DNA of 63,036 nucleotides, filler included, from Octopus bimaculoides (lineage: Eukaryota): assembly GCF_001194135.2 (NCBI RefSeq). It is 5 parts of 5 records of this genome, joined end to end, with 100 filler letters (N's around TTAATTAATTAA, not from the genome) between each part and the next. Parts side by side here need not be neighbours in the genome. Positions count along the whole stretch, not along the records: positions 26,539 to 53,120 come from NC_068989.1; positions 53,221 to 57,599 come from NW_026337403.1; positions 57,700 to 61,701 come from NW_026383542.1; positions 61,802 to 63,036 come from NW_026362205.1; 1 more part is not named here. The stretch is one strand, 5' to 3'. The stretch's first letter is position 1; each line of letters opens with the position of its first letter. The notes under the pieces are model-generated. The model was not told the DNA's origin and searched no databases. It worked only from the letters and a program-made list of their open reading frames with translations. The translations under genes were made by a program, and so were the position numbers. Positions 52,050 through 63,036 of this stretch are shown one piece after another.

Positions 52050-53120
52050 GTATCTTTTTTCATTATCATTTTGTCGTCTTCACCCTTCATATCTTCTGGG
52101 TTTATAAATAAATAAATACTAGATGTAGGCATAGCAGTGTGGTTAATAAGTTTGTTTTCTTACTACATGGTATTCATTTCAATCTCGCTGGGTGGCACCT
52201 AGGGCAAGTGCCTTCTACTAGAGACCTGGGCCAACCAAAGTTTTGTGAGTGAATATGGTAGACAGACAGACAGAAGCTTGTCATGTATATGTGTGTGTAT
52301 GTTTGTTTCTTATTTCTTTATTGCCCACAAGGGGCTAAACATAGAGGGGACAAACGAGGACAGACAAATGGATTAAGACGATTACATCAACCCCAGTGCG
52401 TAACTGGTACTTAATTTATCGACCCCGAAAGGACGAAAGGCAAAGTCGACTTCGGCAGAATTTGAACGCAGAACATAACGGCAGATGAAATACCACTAGG
52501 CATTTCGCCCGCATGCTAACGTTTCCGCCAGCTCGCCGCCTTTGTGTGTGTATGTTTGTTTCTCTTTGTCTCAACATTGTGTAGTTTGTAAATGAGTATC
52601 TGTCACACAAGCAGTGTCATTCATTTCCAATATCCTCTGGGAACATGGCTGGCCATGAAGAAATATTACCTTGCTGGAAACAGGTGAGGGTTGGCATTGA
52701 AAATTTGCTTCAGGAAGCTCTTGTTAACCCATGCAAACATAGAAAAGTGAATGTTAAAAATGATGATGATGGTATTCCAGGGTAGCAGCAGCCTGTCAAG
52801 ATTGATAGCTGGCTGAAGAATGCTTAAGTAAGCATGATATAAATAATTACAAGGTAGTGGTGAGATAAATTTAAAACTTAAACTCCAACAACTTCATCCA
52901 GAGCAGGTAGCTCTGAAGTAAGAATTTAGCTGTAAAAACAATCTTCATCAAGCAGGTATGGAAGCAGAAAAGACCTATAAACAGCAATAGGCATAATGAG
53001 TATTCACAAATAAATAATGTACCTCATTTATCTATATATGCAACTTTCTAGTTCCATTCAAACCATGCCAGCATGGAAATTGGATGTTAAATGATGAAGA
53101 TGACAAATATATATATATCA

Positions 53121-53220
53121 NNNNNNNNNNNNNNNNNNNNNNNNNNNNNNNNNNNNNNNNNNNNTTAATTAATTAANNNNNNNNNNNNNNNNNNNNNNNN
53201 NNNNNNNNNNNNNNNNNNNN
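53121..53220. other. Artificial join: 44 N + TTAATTAATTAA + 44 N (truncates HOP2)
   Basis: Same linker. Confidence 0.95.
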
Positions 53221-53552
53221 CCCTGTGTGGCTAATAAAGAAACCTATCTATCTATCTATCTATTTATCTAACTATCTATCTATTTGTCTTTCTATTTGTC
53301 TGTCTGTCATATTAAGAGAAACCTTACAGTAATATTGAAAACTTTTACCTCTTAAAGCCAATGAAAGAACTCGGAACATGGTAATTCATCCTGTTAGAAA
53401 TAGAGACCAAATCCCGAATCACGAACTGCTATAGAAGAATCCTCTACTCGGTCACTGGACTTGCAAGTGATAGCTGCTAATTCTACCTCAACTCAAACTT
53501 TGTCTTATAAAAAATGAGAAAGACGCACTGGATAGTGTAAACCTTGACAGGT

Positions 53553-53670
53553 TTCAATAATGACGTGGAATTGAGGGTTTGGTTGGACGAATTCATTGAG
53601 TCAAGACCGGAAGATTTCTATCGCCGAGGCATCGGAAAACTTATTGAACGATAGAAGATTATAGTATTGA
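53553..53670 (+). mobile_element. Mariner transposase C-terminal fragment
   Basis: FNNDVELRVWLDEFIESRPEDFYRRGIGKLIER*, matching the mariner W...FF.SK...FY.RGI.KL.ERW motif. Confidence 0.8.
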
Positions 53671-53724
53671 TCAACTTGTAGTTTTTTTAAATACAGTTCT
53701 ATATTTAAGAGATGAAGAATTATG

Positions 53725-53873
53725 TACATTATTTACATTTGACGAATATTTGTCCTCATCTTGCTTGTTGTTAACACAAGACACCTGACGAAGGCTGGAG
53801 GGTATATCACCCGAAACCTTGTGTTAACAACAAACAAGATGAGGGCAAATATCTGTCAAATATAAATAATGTA
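53725..53873 (+). repeat. Inverted repeat enclosing a degenerate Penelope-type hammerhead motif
   Basis: Arms 53725-53780 / 53818-53873; the loop holds CTGACGA-AGGCTG...CACCC-GAAAC-CTT. Confidence 0.75.
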
Positions 53874-56800
53874 AATAATGTAATTTTTTTTGTTTAAAAT
53901 AAATTTGAGACAACGCTCATGAATTATTCCTCAACACAAAATATATTGATACTGATACAAAATTAAGCGCCACGAAGCGAACCTGATTGTATTGTTGTTA
54001 AGCTCCAAGTTACACCTGATCGAGCACGTATTCCAACAATGACAATCGTGTCTATTTTGTTTCAGTTACAATTTATCTAGTGTGTCATTCTTTTACAAAA
54101 CACACGAACGTGGTATGATGGTGGTGATACGGGTTTCTTTTGCTAGGCTTGACAGAATCGCATAATCAAAGCGTATTACATTTCATCAGGCGTTTTAATC
54201 CCACCTATATCTATTTCAGTCCGTGGTCGGCACTCCTTGTTTGAAAAGTGGGAATAAACATTTATTTCTGGTCGTGAAAAAATATGTCACAACATGTCTT
54301 CTTTTAATGGTATTAATTGACTCAGTGCTGGTGTGCAATTGTATGTCAGGCTTACCTGCAAGTATAGGTCAGATAAACTGATGCCTTATTTATAAATAGT
54401 TTTGCGGAAGTGAAATAAGGTGGTTTATTTTGTGCAAGAAGACAAGCCTAGCGTTTTGCGCTGTATCCTTCGATAGAAAAATTGCAAAGAAAATGTCTCC
54501 TTTAAATCTCATCCTACGCTCTGTGATATTCAAATTATAAACAGCATTTTTCCATAAAACAACATTCTTTAAAGAATAAAAACTGACGAATCGATTCCCA
54601 GTTCATTTTCTTTTGATTTTATTTGTCTCCTTTGATTTATTTGCGACTTTATCTTCTCTTTTCTACTGCTTTTGTTAATTAAAAGTAAAATATTCTGAAA
54701 GACATCTGTGTTTTGGAGAAATCCATATGGCGTTGTTGTTGTTTTAACATTGTTCTTATTGTTATTGTTCACTCGAGATCAACCACGATTAAATCGACCA
54801 ATGACTACAGTCTTACATTTTTTATTGCGTCCTTCCTTTGATCAAGGGAGTGTAACGAAGGAAATTCGGCTGCTATTTCTAGTAAGGCGTTGAACCACGT
54901 AGACACATTCTCATTGAGTTGGGAGAATTATGTTTCAGAGAAACTGATTAGAGAAAGAAATCTTACGGAAGCAGCCAATAAGAGAAACCTTTTGGACGAT
55001 TGTAAGCATGTTTTACTCAAATTTCACCATTCTGTCTGTAATAAAACGGTAAGCATTCGATAATTTAATTTCTGACACATGCAAAGATATAATGGCCTGG
55101 CCATGATTGGAATGCATTTCGAATATAGGACTACTAGATCACGATTGACCTGTGGCTAAAAACAACAACAACAACAACAGCAAAGACGACGACGACGATA
55201 GCATTGGCAACAACAACACCAATAACAGCGAAATGAGAAATCGCCACGAACTAACAAAGATGCGATTCGTGGCATGCGCAGTCGACCTGCAAGAAATACT
55301 AGCCAAATGTTCTTCAGATTACACCATACACTCATAAAAAGCGGTCACAAAAATGAGATAGTCAGGTTTGGGCGCTTTTGGAAGATGGGTCAGCTAAATA
55401 AGAGTTATGTTAGGTTTAAACAACAGCAACAACAAATAACAACAACAAAAAGACGCGGTGGATTGATATATAAAGGATTGGATGGTCACATTTCGTGCCA
55501 AGTTTGAATTTCTATGCCTTGCTGGATAAGAGATGGAACTGGAGAGTAAAAATAACGAAGAAAATTAACAATGACGGACATATTAAATTATTTAGTTTAT
55601 GCAAGGTGTTGGTCATATCTAGAAAGTCTCTAGAACATGGATTTGCTCAATTAATGTTGATCTATGACTCAACAACAATGGATGATGGCCGTTTCCTTAT
55701 GTACAATGATCATGAGAAAGAATAAGCGACTATGGAAACCTTGGCACTACGAGCCTTTTCTTCCTGTCCGTGCAAAGCGAATCCTCCATTTGTATTCATC
55801 CGAGATGAAGACGACTCTAATGTGAAATCCACGGAGAGTCAATCTGTATAATCTTTCGACTCAGAGGACTGGCCACTGAATCAACGTACAAAGATGGCTA
55901 CGCTGACCAGCAGGCTGTAGCTTTTACACCAGAGTGGTCTTCATCTCGGAGAATGGCATTCTCCATTCAACCTGGAATTGCTGGGACGGTGTGGAAGACA
56001 GCACTAGATTCCAGTTCTTGGTTTGTTGTCGTGGCTGACTCCCCTAAACTTATCCTTTCTTAAAGTACTCCATAGGGAGTGAGAATATAACAATAAACGT
56101 GAACAGAGGACATCTTAGACAATGATGCTTCTAAGATACACAAAATGGGATGGCCACGGCTGGAATGCATTCTAATATAGGATTTCGTTGAGCAATGCTT
56201 CTCTGGGATTAATGAAAGACAAACAAAATGTAACGAAACCATTGGTGATTGTCTGGAAATATAATTGCAATTAGTGGAAACGATTAGATGTCTTGCCACT
56301 ACAGCGACATCTACTGACAAACTTAACGTTAATTGTTCTATAGTCAAATGAATACAAATGGAGGATTCACTTTGCAATCACACACACATACTCAGACACA
56401 TATACACACACATACACACAAACACTCATATTATATGTATGTAATGTATAGTTTATTTATTCTTATTTTTATTTTTCATTTTTATTTATTTTTAATTGGA
56501 ATGTAATTTCATATCGCAATATTATCTCCCTTCACTTCGCTCATCAATTAGTGACGTGACAGACAAGAAGAGAAAAAGGGAGAAAGAAGCAGTTTGATTG
56601 AAATAAAATACATGTTGGAAGAGACGTATGTGCATGAATGTACATATTTTTGTATGCATATGTATATATATATATATATATATATATNNNNNNNNNNNNN
56701 NNNNNNNNNNNNNNNNNNNNNNNNNNNNNNNNNNNNNNNNNNNNNNNNNNNNNNNNNNNNNNNNNNNNNNNNNNNNNNNNNNNNNNNNNNNNNNNNNNNN

Positions 56801-57233
56801 NNNNNNNNNNNNNNNNNNNNNNNNNNNNNNNNNNNNNNNNNNNNNNNNNNNNNNNNNNNNNNNNNNNNNNNNNNNNNNNNNNNNNNNNNNNNNNNNNNNN
56901 NNNNNNNNNNNNNNNNNNNNNNNNNNNNNNNNNNNNNNNNNNNNNNNNNNNNNNNNNNNNNNNNNNNNNNNNNNNNNNNNNNNNNNNNNNNNNNNNNNNN
57001 NNNNNNNNNNNNNNNNNNNNNNNNNNNNNNNNNNNNNNNNNNNNNNNNNNNNNNNNNNNNNNNNNNNNNNNNNNNNNNNNNNNNNNNNNNNNNNNNNNNN
57101 NNNNNNNNNNNNNNNNNNNNNNNNNNNNNNNNNNNNNNNNNNNNNNNNNNNNNNNNNNNNNNNNNNNNNNNNNNNNNNNNNNNNNNNNNNNNNNNNNNNN
57201 NNNNNNNNNNNNNNNNNNNNNNNNNATATATAT

Positions 57234-57283
<50 letters not shown>

Positions 57284-57560
57284 GTTTTTGATCATGAAAG
57301 AGCAATGTTTACAGAGAGAGAAAATTGAGTGAGAATGTGATACATAGTAAGAGAAAGCGCTACACACATGCACGGACACACATACACTTGTATACACACA
57401 TACACACATATACACACGCTCACACAAACACACATATCCGCTTTTTGTCGATTTGCCTCGTTTGTGTTTTCGTCTATCCTCGTCTCGTAGTGTTTGTCTT
57501 TGTTTATGTACACACATATTGACAACATATACAGCCACATACAGACAGATGTGTATATAT

Positions 57561-57599
<39 letters not shown>

Positions 57600-57699
57600 N
57601 NNNNNNNNNNNNNNNNNNNNNNNNNNNNNNNNNNNNNNNNNNNTTAATTAATTAANNNNNNNNNNNNNNNNNNNNNNNNNNNNNNNNNNNNNNNNNNNN
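57600..57699. other. Artificial join: 44 N + TTAATTAATTAA + 44 N
   Basis: Same linker. Confidence 0.95.
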
Positions 57700-57749
<50 letters not shown>

Positions 57750-58114
57750 GTATATATGTATATACATATATATGCATGCATATATACATATATATATATA
57801 TACATACATATATACATATACATACAAATATACGTATATATACAACACACATATACACACACGCACACACACACACACACATATATGCATACACGCTCAC
57901 ACACACAGTTAGACGTGGGCGCACACACACACTCACATGTATATGTAGCAGACATCTGGAAATTTTTTCACAGCTGTGTACCTCTTTACATATATACATA
58001 AATGCATATAAGTATGTGTGTTTGTGTGTGTGTGTGTGTGTGTATACACACACATATATATATAGACATACGCTTGTATATATATAAACACATGTATATA
58101 AAGATATATGTATG

Positions 58115-58169
<55 letters not shown>

Positions 58170-58626
58170 ATATATACGTATGTACATATATATATATATA
58201 TATATANNNNNNNNNNNNNNNNNNNNNNNNNNNNNNNNNNNNNNNNNNNNNNNNNNNNNNNNNNNNNNNNNNNNNNNNNNNNNNNNNNNNNNNNNNNNNN
58301 NNNNNNNNNNNNNNNNNNNNNNNNNNNNNNNNNNNNNNNNNNNNNNNNNNNNNNNNNNNNNNNNNNNNNNNNNNNNNNNNNNNNNNNNNNNNNNNNNNNN
58401 NNNNNNNNNNNNNNNNNNNNNNNNNNNNNNNNNNNNNNNNNNNNNNNNNNNNNNNNNNNNNNNNNNNNNNNNNNNNNNNNNNNNNNNNNNNNNNNNNNNN
58501 NNNNNNNNNNNNNNNNNNNNNNNNNNNNNNNNNNNNNNNNTGTGTGTGTGTGTGTATACACACACATATATATATAGACATACGCTTGTATATATATAAA
58601 CACATGTATATAAAGATATATGTATG

Positions 58627-58662
<36 letters not shown>

Positions 58663-58761
58663 TAAAATCCAAAAACGAAGAAAAACAAACAAAAAAAAAA
58701 ACAGAAACGCGAGGACGTGGTACATGTAGTGTATTAGCAGACGCTCAGGAAACGAAAGAAA

Positions 58762-58803
58762 GATGGTTTAACGTTTCGAGCAGACGCTCTTCTTCAGAAA
58801 CAT
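58762..58803 (-). ncRNA. Minimal (Penelope-type) hammerhead ribozyme motif
   Basis: - strand ATGTTT-CTGAAGA-A-GAGC-GTCT-GCTC-GAAAC-GTT-AAACCAT: CUGANGA and GAAA cores, 4-bp stem II, palindromic AACGTT stem III, short stem I. Confidence 0.6.
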
Positions 58804-58920
58804 AGGAAAGTCCAATAGAAGGGAAGTCGGAAGAAGAAAGTCGCCAACGATTCACATGTGGTTACATTATATATATGTAAATACATGTGCATAGATGTAC
58901 GTATAATATAGTGTATATGT

Positions 58921-59418
58921 AAGGAGGCGAGCTGGCAGAAACGTTAGCACGCCGGGCGAAATGCTTAGCGGTGTTTCGTCTGCCGTTACGTTCTGAATTC
59001 AAATTCCGCCGAGGTCGACTTTGCCTTTCATCCTTTCGGGGTCGATTAAATAAGTACCAGTTACGCACTGGANNNNNNNNNNGACTTTGCCTTTCATCCT
59101 TTCGGGGTCGATTAAATAAGTACCAGTTACGCACTGGAGTCGATGTAATCGACTTAATCCCTTTGTCTGTCCTTGTTTGTCCCCTCTATGTTTAGCCTCT
59201 TGTGGGCAATAAAAAATAAGAATCGTTAGCACGCTGGGTGAAATGATTAGCGGTATTTCGTCTGTCCTTAAGTTCTGAGTTCAAATTCCCCCGAGGTCGA
59301 CTTTGCCTTTCATCCTTTCGGGGTCGATAAATTAAGTACCAGTTGCATACTGGGGTTGATCTAATCGACTGGCCTCCACTATCCTAAAATTTCGGGCCTT
59401 GTGCCTAGAGTAGAAAAG
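58921..59418 (+). mobile_element. Two tandem SINE family B copies
   Basis: Head GGCGAGCTGGCAGAA, GAGTTCAAATTCC B-box-like motif, body GACTTTGCCTTTCATCCTTTCGGGGTCGA. Confidence 0.9.
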
Positions 59419-59771
59419 AATATAGCATATATGTGTATATATATATATATATGTGTGTGTAATAAGTGTGTGTATGTGTTGTATGTGTGTGTGAGTGTGT
59501 GTGTGTTTGTGTGTACGCGTATGAACATACATATACATGTTGCAACACCAACTTAGGGAAAGCACACTCACGCACACACGTGTGTGTGGGTATGTGCGAG
59601 ATAGAGTACGTACACACGTGTATGTATGTTGGTATATGATTGATGTATGTCGGAATATTCCCAGCAAACAAGAGATAAATGAGAACACACAAACGCTTAG
59701 TAGCTGCTCCATGGGGGATTAACATGTATGTGAGCTTAGCTTAATCATAGGGAATAACGCTTTTATCTTTT

Positions 59772-60005
59772 TTCTTTTACTTGCTACAGTCATTGGACTG
59801 TGCCCATGCTGGGGCACCACCTGAAGGAGTTTTCGTCGAAGAAATCTATTCGAGTACTTGCATATTTTTTCTTGAGTCTAGTACTAAATGCATTTTTTTG
59901 TTTCTGCTTTGCCGCAACGCTTTACGGGACGTCAAGGAACCAACATCGGTTGCTAAGTGGTGGAGAGGGGACAAACAGAAACACACACGCGCACACACAC
60001 ATACG

Positions 60006-60045
<40 letters not shown>

Positions 60046-60180
60046 CACCCCCTACATCTATACACAATTTCTGTCTACTAAATACACTCACGAGCTATTG
60101 TAGAAGACATTTGTCTCAAGGTGCCCTGCTGTGGTACTGAACCGGAAACCAGGTGGTTACAAATCGAGCTTTTGAACCAC
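59772..60180 (-). mobile_element. SINE family A, diverged
   Basis: Homologous to 43676-44080. Confidence 0.8.
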
Positions 60181-60784
60181 ATGAATATATCTGCTGCTAC
60201 AGATGAAGATGATAACAGAAGTGAAGAGGTAACGAGGCTATTGGATTTCTGTGATGTTAAGGACTTGTTTGCAACACCAACTTAGCGAAACCGATCTTAA
60301 CTGGATTAGGCCAGTGGTTTCCAACCATTTTTATTCCACGGCTTATACGCCGGAGAACCTTTCTGCGGACCGGTAGTGGCACATATGTGTACTTTAAGCG
60401 CATGTCGATAGAGAACTGCCGAGCCGTCTTTTCACGAAACATGAGAGACCACCACCACCAGCACCACCACCACCTCCACCAGGTATGGTGAGAGCATGAG
60501 GAGCGAGAAAAAGAGGGTGGGTGATATATATTGAAATAATGCAGGTAGTTTACTAAAAAAAAATCTCCGTATGTAATAGGATCACTATACGCAGACCGGT
60601 TGATCGAGTGGTTTGGAGCTTAGTAATGTATATATACCCATATACATACACTCACGCACGCGCATAAAACATTTACACATAGATAGGTAAGAAGCTTGTT
60701 TCCCAGCCACCTGGTTCCGGGTTCAGTCCCATTGAGTGGAACCTGTATTTATGACCTGAGTAGAGTAACTGCAAATTTCTCATC

Positions 60785-61207
60785 TATGTATGTATGTGTG
60801 CATATATGTATGTGTGTATGTATGTAAGTATGTATGTACATACGTACGTACGTATGTATGTATGTATGTATGTATGTATGTACGTATGTATGTACGTATG
60901 TATGTATGTATGTAGATATATATGTATGTATGTACGTATGTACGTATGTATGTATGTATGCATGTATGAATGTATGTATGTATGCGTGTGTGTATGTATG
61001 TATGTATGAATGTATGTATGTATGTATGTATGTATGTATGTATGTATATATGCATGTTATGCATGCGTGCAAGCATGTATGTATGTATGCATGCGTGCAT
61101 GTTTGTATGTATGTACGAAAGCATGTATGTATATATATATATGTATGAATGCATGTATGCATGTATCTATTTATGTATGTATGTATGTATGTATGTATGT
61201 ATGTATG
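60785..61207. repeat. (TATG)n tetranucleotide array, degenerate; a similar (TAGG/TACG/TACA)n array lies at 35690-35875
   Basis: Directly visible. Confidence 0.95.
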
Positions 61208-61701
61208 CACCCACAATCGTGAGATCGTGGCTTCTTCGATTCCCGGAGCAGGCGGTGGGCTGCGCTCCAAAGGTAAGACCACTTCATCTCACCTTGCTCT
61301 CTGATCACTTCGACATCTAACGAGTGGCACACCGAGCACCTATACTAGTAATTATGATTTGATTGAAGGAGAGAGCTAATGTGCCTCACACTATATATAT
61401 ATAAACAAATTTATTAGAATATTTAGCTGAAGATCAGAATAGAGTATTCTTTACTCTTAACTGTGAAACGATCGTACTAAATTAACTAAAGGCAGGTGGT
61501 TTTTTTACTCTTCTCTACTGTTTTTTGTTCTGTGTGTATCAAAAATATCGCTATCAATCTAGAGTAATAATTTGTAGTTTTGAAATCAGTAGTTCTTTGA
61601 CTGCTATTTCTGTTCTGAATTCTCAGTATGTTGGAGAAGCAGGTTACTGTCAATCCCTATATATTTATGATTATAAATGATTTTTACCGAAAAGGTTTTT
61701 T

Positions 61702-61801
61702 NNNNNNNNNNNNNNNNNNNNNNNNNNNNNNNNNNNNNNNNNNNNTTAATTAATTAANNNNNNNNNNNNNNNNNNNNNNNNNNNNNNNNNNNNNNNNNNN
61801 N
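61702..61801. other. Artificial join: 44 N + TTAATTAATTAA + 44 N
   Basis: Same linker. Confidence 0.95.
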
Positions 61802-61931
61802 GTTGTTGGTGTTAGGAAGGGCATCCAGCTGTAGAAACCATGCCTGATCAAATTGGAGCCTGGTGCAGCCTCAGTCAAATTGTCCAACCCATGCCAGCAT
61901 GGAAGGCAGACATTAACCGATGATGATGATG
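61802..61931 (+). mobile_element. Family C 3' fragment upstream of the Ser-rich exon
   Basis: GTTAGGAAGGGCATCCAGCTGTAGAAAC...(GAT)n. Confidence 0.85.
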
Positions 61932-62412
61932 TACCTATTCTATTCTAAATATCTGTATAACTTGGTAAGAAATAAATTTTATTATCTTTATGTGATAGTA
62001 ATAATTCTTCAGTTGACTTGTTAGCGTTTACAAGTTTAAAGGTGGTAAGCTGACAGAATCGTCAGCACACCAGCCAAAATGCTTAGCGACATTTTGTCTG
62101 TCCTTACTTTCGAATTCCATAGAGGTCAGCTTTGCCTTTCATCCTTTCAGGGTCGATAAAAAGAGCACCAGTTGAGCACTGGGGTCGATGTAATCAACTT
62201 ACCCCCTCTCCAAACTTGCTGGCATTGTGTCAAGATTATATCTATGAGTAATTAATGACTTTAGGTAATTTAAGTTGTGTATATTTCTGTTTTCCAAAAA
62301 AGTCAATATTAGTGAAAGTGAAGCAGCTGCAACTAAAAATAGTGACTAGGTTAAAGACAATTATTTTTGGCTTACTATGTCAGTGACTTTAATTTTCTTT
62401 TGCTTGTTTCAG

Positions 62413-63015
62413 GTACGGTGGTCTGATGCTGAAAGTTCTAATGGAACTTATCCAACTGCAACTGCTCAGGTCGACAAAGAATTTGGTGAACGAGAGTCTC
62501 AACTTTCATCACCAACGCATCTTCAGTCTTCAAGCCAACAAACAGTCTCAACTTCCGTTAAAGAAATTTTTCCGTCTTTACCAACATATTTACAAGAATC
62601 AGACAGACATAAAACTTCTCACAAAACTGACTTTACTAAGTTATCTCATTCTCAGCCGACCACATCTCTTCGATCACAAATGTTTGATTCCGGTAGCTTA
62701 TCACCACCTCTATCACAAACGGTCCATTCTAAGGATTTCTCAAAAAGAAAATCACTATTTACTAAGACTGACAGCATGTTAAAATCACCAACTTCTTCAA
62801 GTATGAATCAGTTTGAAGATGGTTTTGGTGGGTCACCAACTCATTCAAAAATGCGTCAATCTGCTGATCTATTTAGAAGATCTCCATCAATTGAAAGACA
62901 GCCATTATTTTCACAACAACTTAATCCTTTTCACAGCTTCAGCTCATCATTATTAACATCTATCAGTCAACCAGTAAAAATAGTACGGAAACAAAAATAC
63001 CAAGAAGGATTTTAA
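62413..63015 (+). CDS. Terminal coding exon of an unidentified gene; 200 aa Ser/Thr/Gln-rich, probably disordered C-terminus (VRWSDAESSNG...KQKYQEGF*)
   Basis: Pyrimidine-rich acceptor ttttctttTGCTTGTTTCAG|, then 200 stop-free non-repetitive codons ending TAA. Such a frame is unlikely by chance in this AT-rich DNA. No family recognised. Confidence 0.8.
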   Translation, partial: VRWSDAESSNGTYPTATAQVDKEFGERESQLSSPTHLQSSSQQTVSTSVKEIFPSLPTYLQESDRHKTSHKTDFTKLSHSQPTTSLRSQMFDSGSLSPPLSQTVHSKDFSKRKSLFTKTDSMLKSPTSSSMNQFEDGFGGSPTHSKMRQSADLFRRSPSIERQPLFSQQLNPFHSFSSSLLTSISQPVKIVRKQKYQEGF

Positions 63016-63036
63016 TCATGTATTCTCTCACTTGTT

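Noticed and set aside
56522-58729. Long ORFs of 200-357 aa in the ORF track (also 29883-30599 and 60749-61282)
   Set aside because: They consist of N gaps (X) and dinucleotide or tetranucleotide microsatellite translations
53221-63036. Missing HOP2 exons (WRKRKR and GIETD motifs)
   Set aside because: Searched by eye and not found; presumably in a gap or on another scaffold

Overview
AT-rich, repeat-dense eukaryotic DNA. The SINE families, microsatellite load and gapped short-read assembly style point to a coleoid cephalopod, most likely Octopus (inference, not searched). One gene is confidently recognised: the meiotic recombination factor HOP2/PSMC3IP on the + strand. It has six coding exons between 42372 and 52049 encoding 155 aa; the 3' exons are lost at an assembly join at 53121. 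Also present are a 603-nt Ser-rich terminal coding exon of an unidentified gene (62413-63015) and an orphan TATA/CCAAT/E-box promoter with a long leader on the - strand at about 38.8-39.3 kb. The rest is transposon debris: at least four SINE-type families, LINE relics (CRE, L1-like, RTE, RTE-BovB, CR1), Penelope-like pieces with minimal hammerhead-ribozyme motifs, Chapaev-like, mariner and hAT DNA transposons, foldback elements, a two-monomer minisatellite and many microsatellites. Four identical 44N-TTAATTAATTAA-44N linkers are artificial joins, so adjacency across them is not trustworthy. I see no clear-cut new biological system. The best leads are the inverted SINE pairs around HOP2 exons, the orphan promoter with start-stop uORFs, the hammerhead motifs and the HSE-like minisatellite. 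All alignments were done by eye and repeat boundaries are approximate.
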